The notes below the pieces were generated by a model. It did not search any database, was not told the origin of the DNA, and saw nothing but the letters and a program-made list of their open reading frames with translations. A DNA stretch of 39,890 nt from Verrucomicrobiales bacterium (GTDB lineage Bacteria; Verrucomicrobiota; Verrucomicrobiia; Verrucomicrobiales; V1-33). Positions 27,291 through 36,574 of this stretch are shown here, piece after piece. Made by a program: the position numbers and the translations under genes. The stretch covers positions 1-39,890 of the forward strand of contig JANOAV010000099.1 of assembly GCA_031411295.1 (NCBI GenBank), given 5' to 3'. Every line of letters starts with the position of its first letter. Position 1 is the stretch's first letter.

Positions 27291-28664
27291 TTACGGATCG
27301 AGGAATTTGCCTGGATTTAATAAATGCAGCGGATCGAAGGTGTCTCGCAGGTCTTGGTGGATGGAACGAGAAACCGCTGTAGTAGCTGCTGCGAACCAAC
27401 GTTTCTTGGCCAGGCCAATGCCATGTTCACCAGAAATGACGCCATCCCAAGCCAGGATCTGCGTGAAAAGTTTGTCCAAGGCGGCCTCGGCTCGGGCTCG
27501 CTGCGTGGGGTCATCCATGTCCGGCACCATGATGTTGACATGGATGTTGCCATCCCCGGCATGACCGAAACAGGCAATGGGAAAGTTGCTGCTCGCCTGT
27601 AGCGCTTCGCAGAAATTGACCAGGTCCACGAGTCGCCCGCGTGGCACCACGATGTCTTCGTTCAACTTAATCAGCCCAGTAGCGCGCAGACTGTAGCTGA
27701 ATTCCCTTCGCAGAGTCCAGATGGCAGCACATTCGTCCGGAGTGACCGCGGTGGTTAAACTAGTGGGATGCAAGGACTGCACCAATGCACCTAATTTCCG
27801 GAGATCGGCCGTGACGGCCTCCTCGTGGCCGTCAAGTTCTACCAGGAGATGCGCCTGACCTTCTGGAATCAACTCCGCGCCTTTGTAAGCCCGGGCGGCT
27901 TGGAGGGTGAAGCGATCAGCAATTTCTATGGCGGATGGGAGGAAGCCGCTGCTGAAAATCGTCTGGACCGCTACCGCGGCTTCTGAGAAGGTGGCAAATC
28001 CGGCGCTTAACATCTGGCGGCTAGGCGGATGTGGAATCAATCTCAACGTCATCTCGGTCACAATGCCCAGCATCCCTTCGGAACCAACGAACAGGCCAAT
28101 GAGGTCGAACCCCGTAACGTTCTTATGGCATCGACCGCCGGTCCGCAGCACCCGCCCATCAGCCAGCACTACTTCGAGACCTAACACGTAATGTCGCGTC
28201 ACGCCATACTTCACACAACGGGGGCCGCCGGCGTTAGTGGCGATGTTTCCTCCCAAGCTGCATTCCTTTAGGCTGGCTGGATCCGGTGGATAAAACCAAC
28301 CTTCTGCCGCCACGGCCATTTGGAGGTCACCAGTAATGACACCCGGTTCCACCACGGCCACGCCATCCGCCAGAGAGATCTCCTTAATTCGATTCATCCG
28401 CGCTAGCGAGAGGACGATCCCTCCCTGCGAAGGCACGCAGCCGCCCACGTAGCCAACTCCGCTGCCCCGGGCCGTAACTGGCATGCGGTGCTTCGTCGCG
28501 TATTGCATGATCGCACTGACTTGGTCCGTGGAGGTGGGAAAAGCGACGATGTCTGGCTTGGCCGAGGCGAACCACTTATCGGTGCTGTGCTCAGCGAGGA
28601 CGGGTGCGCTCACGCTGAGTTGGTCGGCAGGCAGAATTTGCAGGAGATCGAAATGAAGGCTCAT
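27291..28664 (-). CDS. FAD-linked oxidase (GlcD / D-lactate dehydrogenase family)
   Basis: ARGSGVGYVGG, YPPDPAS, GGNIATNAGG, GSEGMLG, FGHAGDGNIH, SGEHGIG, LNPGK; start placed at MSLH. Confidence 0.92.
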   Translation of the reverse strand: MSLHFDLLQILPADQLSVSAPVLAEHSTDKWFASAKPDIVAFPTSTDQVSAIMQYATKHRMPVTARGSGVGYVGGCVPSQGGIVLSLARMNRIKEISLADGVAVVEPGVITGDLQMAVAAEGWFYPPDPASLKECSLGGNIATNAGGPRCVKYGVTRHYVLGLEVVLADGRVLRTGGRCHKNVTGFDLIGLFVGSEGMLGIVTEMTLRLIPHPPSRQMLSAGFATFSEAAVAVQTIFSSGFLPSAIEIADRFTLQAARAYKGAELIPEGQAHLLVELDGHEEAVTADLRKLGALVQSLHPTSLTTAVTPDECAAIWTLRREFSYSLRATGLIKLNEDIVVPRGRLVDLVNFCEALQASSNFPIACFGHAGDGNIHVNIMVPDMDDPTQRARAEAALDKLFTQILAWDGVISGEHGIGLAKKRWFAAATTAVSRSIHQDLRDTFDPLHLLNPGKFLDP

Positions 28665-28762
28665 GGGGAAAAGTGCGGAAAATAGAGGAGGGAGGCGATT
28701 GATTAGGCCTTGGTCTTCACCTCGTAAACTGGTAATTAAGGTGGTGCAATCTGGTCTGCGAT

Positions 28763-29305
28763 TCAACTAGCGGAAGCAGTCCAGACCTGCGCGAGACCTG
28801 CCCGATAGTGCGGCAACAGGCCGATGTAGGAGTCCGCCCAGGCCTTAATTCCTGCTTGTTCCTCCTCGCTGAGTTGCCGCACGACTTTGGCGGGCGATCC
28901 CATCACGAGGGAACCAGGCGGAATTTTTTTATTGCTAGTGACGAGTGATCCCGCCCCAATGATGCTGCGGGCACCGATCTCGGCTCCATCCAGAATGATC
29001 GCTCCCATACCGATCAGGCACTCGTCGCCAATCGTGCACGCGTGCAATACCGCCTTGTGACCAACCGTCACATAGCTGCCAACATAGCAGCCGTGCTGCC
29101 GCGACAGGTGAAGCACGCAACCGTCCTGGATATTGGATCCAGGCCCGATGCGGATCTCGTTGATGTCTCCGCGGATGACTGCACTGTAAAACACGCTAAC
29201 GTTTTCCGCAAGAGTGACGTCCCCCAGCACGGCGGCGGTGGGAGCCACCCATGCGGTCGGATGAACGAGGGGAGACTTGAGTAAATGTGAGGGTGCGGGG
29301 ATCAT
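28763..29305 (-). CDS. Gamma-class carbonic anhydrase family (hexapeptide repeat) protein
   Basis: VIRGDIN.IRIG..SNIQDGCVLH, VTVGHKAVLHAC, LIGMGAIILDGA; start placed at MIPAP. Confidence 0.9.
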   Translation of the reverse strand: MIPAPSHLLKSPLVHPTAWVAPTAAVLGDVTLAENVSVFYSAVIRGDINEIRIGPGSNIQDGCVLHLSRQHGCYVGSYVTVGHKAVLHACTIGDECLIGMGAIILDGAEIGARSIIGAGSLVTSNKKIPPGSLVMGSPAKVVRQLSEEEQAGIKAWADSYIGLLPHYRAGLAQVWTASAS

Positions 29306-29369
29306 TGATTTTTTTAGGGTTTCAGGCTGCGTGGGTGGAATTTTTAGAATAAATTTTCCTTTCAAAATC

Positions 29370-29398
29370 TTGACAGGAATCGCTTCATTCCTTAGTTT
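29370..29398 (+). promoter_or_regulatory. Sigma70-type promoter for hup
   Basis: TTGACA-N17-TAGTTT with an AT-rich upstream tract. Confidence 0.7.
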
Positions 29399-29449
29399 TG
29401 CGAGGTTGCCGACGTTGGCAATTGAAACTAACAACCATTCAACAACAAC

Positions 29450-29725
29450 ATGAATAAAGCACAACTCATCGAATCCATCCAGAAAACTCTTGGTGGCGAA
29501 ACCACAAAGAAGCACGCAGGTGAAGCCTTGGAAGCCGTTCTCGACTCTATCGCTAAAGGTGTCAAAAAAGACAAGAGCGTTCAACTGATCGGATTTGGCA
29601 CCTTTAAGGTTTCCTCCCGCGCAGCACGCAAGGGCCGTAACCCCAAGACTGGCGAAGCCATGAAGATCAAAGCCTCGAAGAGCATCCGCTTCGTCGCTTC
29701 CAGCGCAATCAAGAAGGGCCTGTAA
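29450..29725 (+). CDS. hup: DNA-binding protein HU
   Basis: MNKAQLI, VQLIGFGTF, RAARKGRNPKTGE. Confidence 0.97.
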   Translation: MNKAQLIESIQKTLGGETTKKHAGEALEAVLDSIAKGVKKDKSVQLIGFGTFKVSSRAARKGRNPKTGEAMKIKASKSIRFVASSAIKKGL

Positions 29726-29771
29726 TATCCCTGGCTTGATTTGTTTTCCACCTGGTGTGGCAACGCATTTT

Positions 29772-29803
29772 ACGCCCGACTCTGCCACAGGGTCGGGCGT
29801 TTT
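29772..29803 (+). terminator. Rho-independent terminator after hup
   Basis: ACGCCCGACTCTG-CCA-CAGGGTCGGGCGT stem-loop followed by a T-run; flanked by T-rich sequence. Confidence 0.8.
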
Positions 29804-29851
29804 GCTTTCCGGAATCGTTCGACAGAGTTCGGACCATTGTTATGCTGCGCT

Positions 29852-30793
29852 ATGAATTTGATTCGACTACAGCCGATTTATCAAACCCGCGTCTGGGGCG
29901 GACGTGAACTGGAAACTTTGTTTGGCCGGGCCTTGCCACCGGATGGACAACCGTATGGAGAGTCATGGGAGGTGGTCGATCGGCCGGAAGCTCAAAGCAT
30001 CGTGGCCGCCGGAGAATTCGCTGGTTGGTCGCTGCACACGTTGTGGCAGCAACGCAAAGCAGAGATTTTTGGTGCGGACGCTCCCAACACTGAGCGGTTT
30101 CCATTGCTGTTGAAAATCCTCGATGCGCGCGATGACCTTTCAATCCAGGTCCACCCACCAGCTGATCTCGCGCCCAGCATGGGAGGTGAACCGAAAACGG
30201 AAATGTGGTTCGTGGCGGAGGCGGAAGCGGGAGCCTCCCTTGCCGTCGGTGTGCAGCCAGGCATGACCAGAGAGTTGTTTGCCGAGGCCTTGGCAAAAGG
30301 AACCGTGGCGGATGCCGTGCATCGGCTGCCGGTCAACGCTGGTGATTTCATTTTCATCCCCAGTGGCCGCCTGCACGCCATCGGAGGCGGATTGGTGATC
30401 TTTGAAATCCAACAGAACAGTGATACCACCTACCGGGTTTTCGATTGGAACCGGGTGGGATTGGACGGAGCCCCACGGCAATTGCACGTGGCAGAATCCC
30501 TCCAGTGCATTGATTTTACAGACAGCCATCCAGCGGTAAGCCATGGTGCAGATGGCGAACTCGTGAGTTGCGATTACTTTGTCACCAGACAGCACACCGT
30601 GCAGGCCGGACAAGAAGTGCTGATTGCGCAGCCAGGCGACTTCCGGCTGCTGGCGATTGTTCGTGGCAGTATCCGCATGGACGGATGTGAACTTACAGCA
30701 GGTGACCATGTGCTGGTTCCGGCTGCGTTAGAGCCTTCCGCCCGCATCCTCCAAGGTCTGGCTGACGCCATTGTTTTAGAGATCAGCTTCTAA
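29852..30793 (+). CDS. manA: Class I mannose-6-phosphate isomerase
   Basis: RVWGG, GESWE, FPLLLKILDA..DLSIQVHP, KTEMW, LHAIG, EIQQNSDTTYRVFDW. Confidence 0.92.
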   Translation: MNLIRLQPIYQTRVWGGRELETLFGRALPPDGQPYGESWEVVDRPEAQSIVAAGEFAGWSLHTLWQQRKAEIFGADAPNTERFPLLLKILDARDDLSIQVHPPADLAPSMGGEPKTEMWFVAEAEAGASLAVGVQPGMTRELFAEALAKGTVADAVHRLPVNAGDFIFIPSGRLHAIGGGLVIFEIQQNSDTTYRVFDWNRVGLDGAPRQLHVAESLQCIDFTDSHPAVSHGADGELVSCDYFVTRQHTVQAGQEVLIAQPGDFRLLAIVRGSIRMDGCELTAGDHVLVPAALEPSARILQGLADAIVLEISF

Positions 30794-31829
30794 CGCGCCC
30801 GAGCGGCATTTGTTGCGTGAGGCAATGGAACGTGCCCAGCCCCCAAACCAGTTCGCGACAATTGATGGGCACCACGCGACGAGTCGGGAAGCACTTTTCA
30901 ATGATCGCTACGGCAGTGTCGTCGTGCTTGTCCCCAAAAACTGGCTGGAGCACAATCCCGTTGCCGATGTAGAAGTTGGCATAGCTGGCGGGGAGACGAA
31001 CTCCATCCGTGATCACCGCGCTCGGCATGGGCATTTCAATCACATTAAGCACTGCCCCAGATTCCGTTTTCATCTTCCGTAACGCGTGCAAATTTTGCCG
31101 CAACGCGTGATAGTTGGCGTCATTCTTGTCATCCTCTACCACCGTCACCACCGTGTCCTGATTTACGAACCGTGTAATATCGTCGATGTGGCCGTCTGTG
31201 TCGTCACCAGCGATCCCCTCCTCCAGCCACAAGACATTGCTCACGCCCAAGTGGTTGCGCAGCACGCCTTCGATTTCCGCTTTGGTCAGCATCGGGTTGC
31301 GATTTTCATTGAGCAAGCATTGGCTAGTAGTCAGCACCGTGCCACTCCCATTGACCTCAATGGAGCCACCCTCCATGACCACACTCGGGACGATGGATCG
31401 GATGCCCAGGAGTTTGGACATCTCCCGGTTAATCAGGGCGTCATGATGGAGGATTTCCGGATACTTATTCCCCCAGGCGTTGTAGTCCCAATTGACGGCT
31501 GCCAGTTCCCCAGCCTCGCTCAGGACAAAAGTGGAACCATGATCCCGACACCAGGGATAGTAGGCTGGAATGTCCGTTAGGATGAGCCGCTCCTGCTCTG
31601 CAGCGGTCAGGCCTGCCAGCACGTATTTCCGATCCTCGGCATTGGCACAGTTTAGATAAAGCCGCTCCGAGCTGAGGATGGCCCGTATCATGGCCAGGAA
31701 GGTGGGCAGGACATCATCGTGATGCGTGCCGTCAGGAAACGAGGTATTCTCCCGCGCAGGCCAAGTCATCCAAGTAGCGGCATGCGGAGCCCATTCTGCG
31801 GGCATGTGGAAGTTCTGGGGTGAGAGCAT
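30783..31829 (-). CDS. aguA: Agmatine deiminase / peptidylarginine deiminase family protein
   Basis: MPAEWAPH, WCRDHG, EGGSIEVNG, DDTDGHIDD, ASYANFYI, GTFHCLTQQMP. Confidence 0.93.
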   Translation of the reverse strand: MLSPQNFHMPAEWAPHAATWMTWPARENTSFPDGTHHDDVLPTFLAMIRAILSSERLYLNCANAEDRKYVLAGLTAAEQERLILTDIPAYYPWCRDHGSTFVLSEAGELAAVNWDYNAWGNKYPEILHHDALINREMSKLLGIRSIVPSVVMEGGSIEVNGSGTVLTTSQCLLNENRNPMLTKAEIEGVLRNHLGVSNVLWLEEGIAGDDTDGHIDDITRFVNQDTVVTVVEDDKNDANYHALRQNLHALRKMKTESGAVLNVIEMPMPSAVITDGVRLPASYANFYIGNGIVLQPVFGDKHDDTAVAIIEKCFPTRRVVPINCRELVWGLGTFHCLTQQMPLGRVRS

Positions 31830-31930
31830 GTGATAAGGATGGTAAAATTAGGAGGAAAGAATCGGCCAACTTGCACACAAAGTCTCCAGGTCCAACCACG
31901 ATTTTCAATTAGCGGAAAATACCGCTTCAG

Positions 31931-33061
31931 CTAAGCGCGGACCGTCTGCGTCAGCACCGTGGCTAACGCCGCCACATCCGATGGTTCGTGAGCCGCACTC
32001 AGCGTAATGCGCAGTCGGGCCGCTCCTCTGGCTACCGTCGGATAGCGAATGGCGGGTATCAGAAAGCCCTGCTCCAGCAACCACTGGCTGGCATTGAGGG
32101 CAGCCTGTTCCGACCCGAGGATGAGCGGCAGGATCGCGCTCTGCGGAGCAGGAAACATTTCCGGCAGGGCCGTCGCAAGTGCCCGCAAATGCTCCCAGAG
32201 TCTTTCTCGTAATGCTGCGCCCGCTGGTCGTGGAAAAATTTCCTGTAGCACATAGGCGGCCGTGGCGGCCACGGCGGGTGGAGGCGCGGTGGAGTAAATG
32301 AAACTGCGGGCTTTGTTAATCAGGAGATCTATCCAATCCTGGCTGGCGCAGACATAGCCGCCACTAACTCCAACCGCCTTGCTCAGCGTTCCGAAATGAA
32401 AATCCACGCCATCCGCCACTCCCAAAGCATCTGCCAACCCTCGACCATCTCTGCCCAGGACGCCTAACGCATGGGCTTCGTCCACTAGTAGCAGCGCGTC
32501 TGTCTCATTTTTCAACCTCACAATTTCCGCCAGCGGGGCGGTATCGCCATCCATGCTGAAGACGCTTTCGGTCACCACTAACACCCGGGTATCGACGGTC
32601 CGCACTTGATTCGCCCATCGCAAGTGACTGGCGAGCTTCTCCATGTCGTTGTGGTGAAAGACCCGCAGCTTGGCTCCGCTGAGTCGCGCGCCATCAACGA
32701 GGCTGGCATGGGAAAGTTTATCCAAAATCACGATGTCATCGCTGGAGAGGATGGCACTGAGGGTTCCCACCGCCGCAGCATAACCACTGGAGAAACTCAG
32801 CCCAGCCTCCGTGCCCTTGAACTCCGCCAACGCAGCCTCCAAGGCCAAGTGTGGCGCATGCGTCCCACAAACTAACCGGGCCGCAGTGGCACCCACTCCA
32901 TAGCGGGAAATTGCATCCTGAAATACGGCCTTCAACTCCTCCGAGTTGGCCAATCCCAGATAATCATTGCCCGAAAAATTCCGCGCCACCACCGGGGCAC
33001 GCAATCTCCGCCGCAGCGAGGCAGCTTCCAAATCGGCAAGTTCTTGAGCGGGGGAACGCAT
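31931..33061 (-). CDS. bioF: 8-amino-7-oxononanoate synthase
   Basis: NFSGNDYLGL, DKLSHASLVDG, TESVFSMDGD, VDEAHALG, GTLSKAVG, AIRYPTV; start placed at MRSP. Confidence 0.92.
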   Translation of the reverse strand: MRSPAQELADLEAASLRRRLRAPVVARNFSGNDYLGLANSEELKAVFQDAISRYGVGATAARLVCGTHAPHLALEAALAEFKGTEAGLSFSSGYAAAVGTLSAILSSDDIVILDKLSHASLVDGARLSGAKLRVFHHNDMEKLASHLRWANQVRTVDTRVLVVTESVFSMDGDTAPLAEIVRLKNETDALLLVDEAHALGVLGRDGRGLADALGVADGVDFHFGTLSKAVGVSGGYVCASQDWIDLLINKARSFIYSTAPPPAVAATAAYVLQEIFPRPAGAALRERLWEHLRALATALPEMFPAPQSAILPLILGSEQAALNASQWLLEQGFLIPAIRYPTVARGAARLRITLSAAHEPSDVAALATVLTQTVRA

Positions 33062-33191
33062 CACTATCGTTGCCCTGCAATTCCGCCCATCGCAAGCGGG
33101 TTGCGTTGGGCTCCGCCAATTAGCACCGCGTGATCGCCCTGCGTCGAACGGCCCTGCTTGTGGGAATTCTCTCCTCCCAATCGCGGAGAAT

Positions 33192-33280
33192 TTGGTAAAA
33201 GATTTTTTGGTAAAAAATGCTTGGGGAATTGAAGACTGGATTGAGCTGGGCTTCATCTTTTACCAAAAATCTTTTACCAA
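33192..33280. repeat. AT-rich inverted repeat whose arms each contain two tandem TTGGTAAAA units
   Basis: TTGGTAAAAGATTTTTTGGTAAAAAATG (33192-33219) versus CATCTTTTACCAAAAATCTTTTACCAA (33254-33280). Confidence 0.8.
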
Positions 33281-33309
33281 TCAGGATCGTGCCGAAATGA
33301 AAGGTGGCG

Positions 33310-33393
33310 GGGACTTGCAGCCCAATACCACCTAAAGCCACCGTAGTCTAGGGCTTCAGCCCGTCGAACCCTCCCCGTGACTCAGACGTCTGA
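33310..33393. repeat. GTAG-type REP-like element related to the 6.7 and 7.15 kb copies
   Basis: GCCACCGTAGTCTAGGGCTTCAGCCCGTCGAACCCTCCCCGT..TCAGACGTCTGA aligns with 6687-6742, and its left part aligns with 7146-7190. Confidence 0.75.
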
Positions 33394-33433
33394 ATCCGCC
33401 CAAATCCATTGAGACTTAGGCGCGAGCTATCTC

Positions 33434-33555
33434 CCGCCCCTGCCGGGGCGGTGTCGAATCCTTGACATACCGGGGGTTCCCTCGTTCCTCGGTCACCCCC
33501 AGCTAGCATCTTTTGACCCTCCGGGTCGCTCGATCCTATATCTGATAAGGATCGA
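33434..33555. repeat. Cluster of four consecutive hairpins
   Basis: CCGCCCC-TGCC-GGGGCGG; GGGGGT...ACCCCC; GACCC-TCC-GGGTC; TCGATCCT...AGGATCGA. Confidence 0.55.
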
Positions 33556-33850
33556 ATACTTAGGTTGCGCGTATGCCCCCATGGGCCAACGCTCGATCCC
33601 CCTCGGTGCCACCACAGCACACCAGCTGCACTAGGGTGTGCTGCGACGTTCCATCGGACATATGGAAAGTTTGAACCGCATCCTAAGAAGACTGCGGGCC
33701 GCCGATTCGGCTGCCGACTCGTGATCAATTTTGAGATCGCAATATCTGCGCAGTGATTCGGAATCCATGCGCAGCACGCGGGGCGCAACTGCGTAGGGTG
33801 ACCGCATCACCACCTGTGGTTTCCCGGCCACTTCGGTTACCTCTAACGCT

Positions 33851-34042
33851 ATGGAAGTTCTCCTCCTCACGGTCTTTTTAAGTCTCTGTCTTGCAGCGCT
33901 GTTCACGCTCGCCTTTGTGCGCAGCGCGCAGAACCGCCATGCCGGGGCTTGGGAACGTGAGTCGTTGTTGCCATTGGCGCCCGAAGTTCCGGCCGGAGAT
34001 CAGCCCTCGTGGTTGACCTCGGCAACTCATGAACTTAAATAA
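33851..34042 (+). CDS. ccoS: cbb3-type oxidase maturation protein, CcoS-like
   Basis: Short protein with an N-terminal hydrophobic helix and an ESLLPL tail, overlapping the ccoN start. Confidence 0.65.
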   Translation: MEVLLLTVFLSLCLAALFTLAFVRSAQNRHAGAWERESLLPLAPEVPAGDQPSWLTSATHELK

Positions 34043-36374
34043 AACTACCATTGAATTCGATGACCGCTCCGTGCGGCGGTTTCTGATCGCGACCCTCTTG
34101 TGGGGCGTCATCGCGCTGCTCGTCGGTGTCATCATCGCCTTCCAACTTCATCGTTGGCAGTTAAACGGCAAAGAATTTGGCGGAGGCGAAGGCCTCGCTT
34201 GGCTGACTTTTGGTCGGCTGCGCCCTTTGCATACCAATGCCGCCATTTTTGCCTTCGTGGGCAACATGATGTTTGCGGGCATTTACTATTCCACGCAGCG
34301 ACTCTGTAAATGCCGGATGGCTTCAGATCTGCTCTCCGGCATCCACTTCTGGGGTTGGCAGGCGATCATTGTCTGCGCGGCGGTCACGTTGCCGCTGGGC
34401 CTGACTCGTGGCAAGGAATATGCCGAACTCATCTGGCCCATCAACGTTCTGGTGGCGCTGATCTGGGTGGTGTTTGCGATCAATTTCTTCCTCACTCTGA
34501 AACGCCGCAATGAGCCTTCGCTCTACGTGGCGCTGTGGTTCTACATCGCCACCATTATTACGGTGGCCATGCTCTACATTGTGAACCACCTGTCCATTCC
34601 CACCAGCTGGATTCACAGCTACCCGATCTTCGGTGGCGTGCAGGATGCGCTGGTCCAGTGGTGGTATGGTCACAATGCCGTGGCGTTCTTCCTAACGACT
34701 CCGATTCTCGGGATCATGTATTATTTCATGCCGAAGGCGGCGGAACGTCCGGTGTATAGCTATCGGCTGTCCATCGTGCACTTCTGGTCGCTGGTGTTCA
34801 TTTACATCTGGGCTGGTCCACACCACTTGCTGAACACCGCTTTACCCTACTGGCTGCAAATGTTGGGCATGCTCTTCAGCTTGATGCTGTGGGCGCCATC
34901 CTGGGGTGGCATGTTGAACGGCCTGCTGACCCTGCGTGGGGCCTGGGGGAAACTCCGCACGGACCCGGTGATCAAGTTCTTCGCGGCGGGTGTGACGTTC
35001 TACGGCATGTCAACCTTTGAAGGCCCACTCATGGCCATCCGCACCGTGAATGCGCTGAGCCACTATTCAGATTGGACCATTGGTCACGTGCACTCCGGAA
35101 CGCTAGGATGGAACGGCTTCATGGCCGCTGGGATGATTTACTATCTGGTTCCCCGTCTCTGGAAAACAGAGTTGGCCAAGCCAAGTTGGGCGAACATGCA
35201 CTTCTGGCTCGGGCTTGTCGGCATCCTGATTTACATCTCCGCCATGTGGGTTAGCGGTATCATGCAAGGCCTGATGCTGAACCAAGTAGCCGCTGACGGT
35301 AGCTTGAAATACCAGTTCCTAGACACCCTGAAGGCCATCCGCCCGCTCATGCTCTTCCGCGCTATTGGTGGCACGCTGTATCTCGGCGGCTTCATCCTTA
35401 TGGTCGTGAACGTCTGGCTCTCGGTGCGCAAGAAGGCCCCGGTCAATGGCACCATCGAAGTCGTCGTGGCACCAATCAATCCGAAGTCCTCGTTCTGGAA
35501 AATGATCTTTGCCGAACCAGTCCTCTTCCCGGTGTTCGCCATCACTGGCTACTGCCTCTGGTTCCTGCTCCCTGGCGTTTATGCTTGGGCGGGCTTGGTG
35601 CTGGGCGTCGATATGACTTGGCGCACTATTTGGTTATTCATTCGCCATAAAGAAAAGTGGTCTGCTTGGTATGACAGTCTGTTGGAAAACTGGGCGCCCT
35701 TCTCCATCTTGGTGTTTGTGGCTGCGGCCGCTGGTGGGATGGTGCAGATCATTCCGACGGTTATGATGAACCACGCCAAGAACGTGGAAGATCGCCTGCA
35801 AACGGTTTACACGCCGCTCGAACTCATGGGACGCGATGTTTACGTCAGTGAAGGTTGCTACAACTGTCACAGTCAGCAGATTCGGATGCTAGTCCCAGAC
35901 GTGCTCCGCTACGGTGATTACTCCCGCTTGGGCGAATCCATCTTCGATTACCCACACCAATGGGGCAGTAAGCGCACCGGTCCCGATTTGGCGCGCGAAG
36001 GGGGCAAACGCAACAACACGTGGCAGTTTCAGCACTTGATGGATCCCCGCGCGCTCAGCGCAGGCTCCAACATGCCTTCCTATCATTTCTTAAATGACAC
36101 CGAAGCCGACCTCAAGACGCTGCCGGCACGCATTGCGGTGCAACAAACCTTGGGCGTGCCGTATCCTCCCATGACCGATGATGTCATCCGCCAAAAGGCC
36201 ATTGAGCAAAGCGTGGCGATCGCGCAGGAACTCAAGACGAACGGGCTGTATGTCGATCCTAACCGGCAAATCGTCGCCCTCATCGCCTACCTGCAGAAGT
36301 TGGGTAAATTCGATGAGGTCACTCCACCCGAGCACATCCCCGGAACTCCGGTCCCGATCACCGCACAACCATAA
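34029..36374 (+). CDS. ccoN: cbb3-type cytochrome c oxidase fused subunits I and II (CcoNO)
   Basis: FGRLRPLHTNA, QWWYGHNAV, WAGPHHL and WTIGHVH for CcoN; EGCYNCHSQQIR and WGSKRTGPDLAR for CcoO. Confidence 0.97.
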   Translation: MNLNKTTIEFDDRSVRRFLIATLLWGVIALLVGVIIAFQLHRWQLNGKEFGGGEGLAWLTFGRLRPLHTNAAIFAFVGNMMFAGIYYSTQRLCKCRMASDLLSGIHFWGWQAIIVCAAVTLPLGLTRGKEYAELIWPINVLVALIWVVFAINFFLTLKRRNEPSLYVALWFYIATIITVAMLYIVNHLSIPTSWIHSYPIFGGVQDALVQWWYGHNAVAFFLTTPILGIMYYFMPKAAERPVYSYRLSIVHFWSLVFIYIWAGPHHLLNTALPYWLQMLGMLFSLMLWAPSWGGMLNGLLTLRGAWGKLRTDPVIKFFAAGVTFYGMSTFEGPLMAIRTVNALSHYSDWTIGHVHSGTLGWNGFMAAGMIYYLVPRLWKTELAKPSWANMHFWLGLVGILIYISAMWVSGIMQGLMLNQVAADGSLKYQFLDTLKAIRPLMLFRAIGGTLYLGGFILMVVNVWLSVRKKAPVNGTIEVVVAPINPKSSFWKMIFAEPVLFPVFAITGYCLWFLLPGVYAWAGLVLGVDMTWRTIWLFIRHKEKWSAWYDSLLENWAPFSILVFVAAAAGGMVQIIPTVMMNHAKNVEDRLQTVYTPLELMGRDVYVSEGCYNCHSQQIRMLVPDVLRYGDYSRLGESIFDYPHQWGSKRTGPDLAREGGKRNNTWQFQHLMDPRALSAGSNMPSYHFLNDTEADLKTLPARIAVQQTLGVPYPPMTDDVIRQKAIEQSVAIAQELKTNGLYVDPNRQIVALIAYLQKLGKFDEVTPPEHIPGTPVPITAQP

Positions 36375-36388
36375 CCTAACTTAAAGCA

Positions 36389-36574
36389 ATGTTTAAAAGA
36401 CTCAGCTTCGAAACTTGGGACGGTTGGACCCCCATGGTGGGATTCGCACTCACCGCGGTAGCCTTCACCATCATTGTCATCCGCGCCTTGCGGATGAAGA
36501 AGGGAGAAATCCAGCACATGGCCAACCTGCCCCTCGAGGAAACTCCTACCACTACTGAAGAACATGGCCACTGA
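36389..36574 (+). CDS. ccoQ: cbb3-type oxidase small subunit, CcoQ-like
   Basis: One hydrophobic helix then HMANLPLEE, between ccoNO and ccoP. Confidence 0.75.
   Translation: MFKRLSFETWDGWTPMVGFALTAVAFTIIVIRALRMKKGEIQHMANLPLEETPTTTEEHGH

Noticed and set aside
29306..29788. N-terminal extension of the carbonic anhydrase ORF to 341 aa
   Set aside because: It is the antisense of hup and its promoter; family similarity starts near 29305.
33062..33256. Extended starts given for bioF, and likewise for tag, the FAD oxidase, manA, the PEP-CTERM gene and the DsbD_2 gene
   Set aside because: The extensions run through repeats, terminators or neighbouring genes; downstream ATGs fit the family start better.
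33348..33788. 146-aa minus-strand ORF in the bioF/cco spacer
   Set aside because: It runs across repeat hairpins and has no motif.
33700..33850. FNR/Anr box upstream of the cbb3 operon
   Set aside because: No adequate match to TTGAT-N4-ATCAA; only weak partial palindromes.
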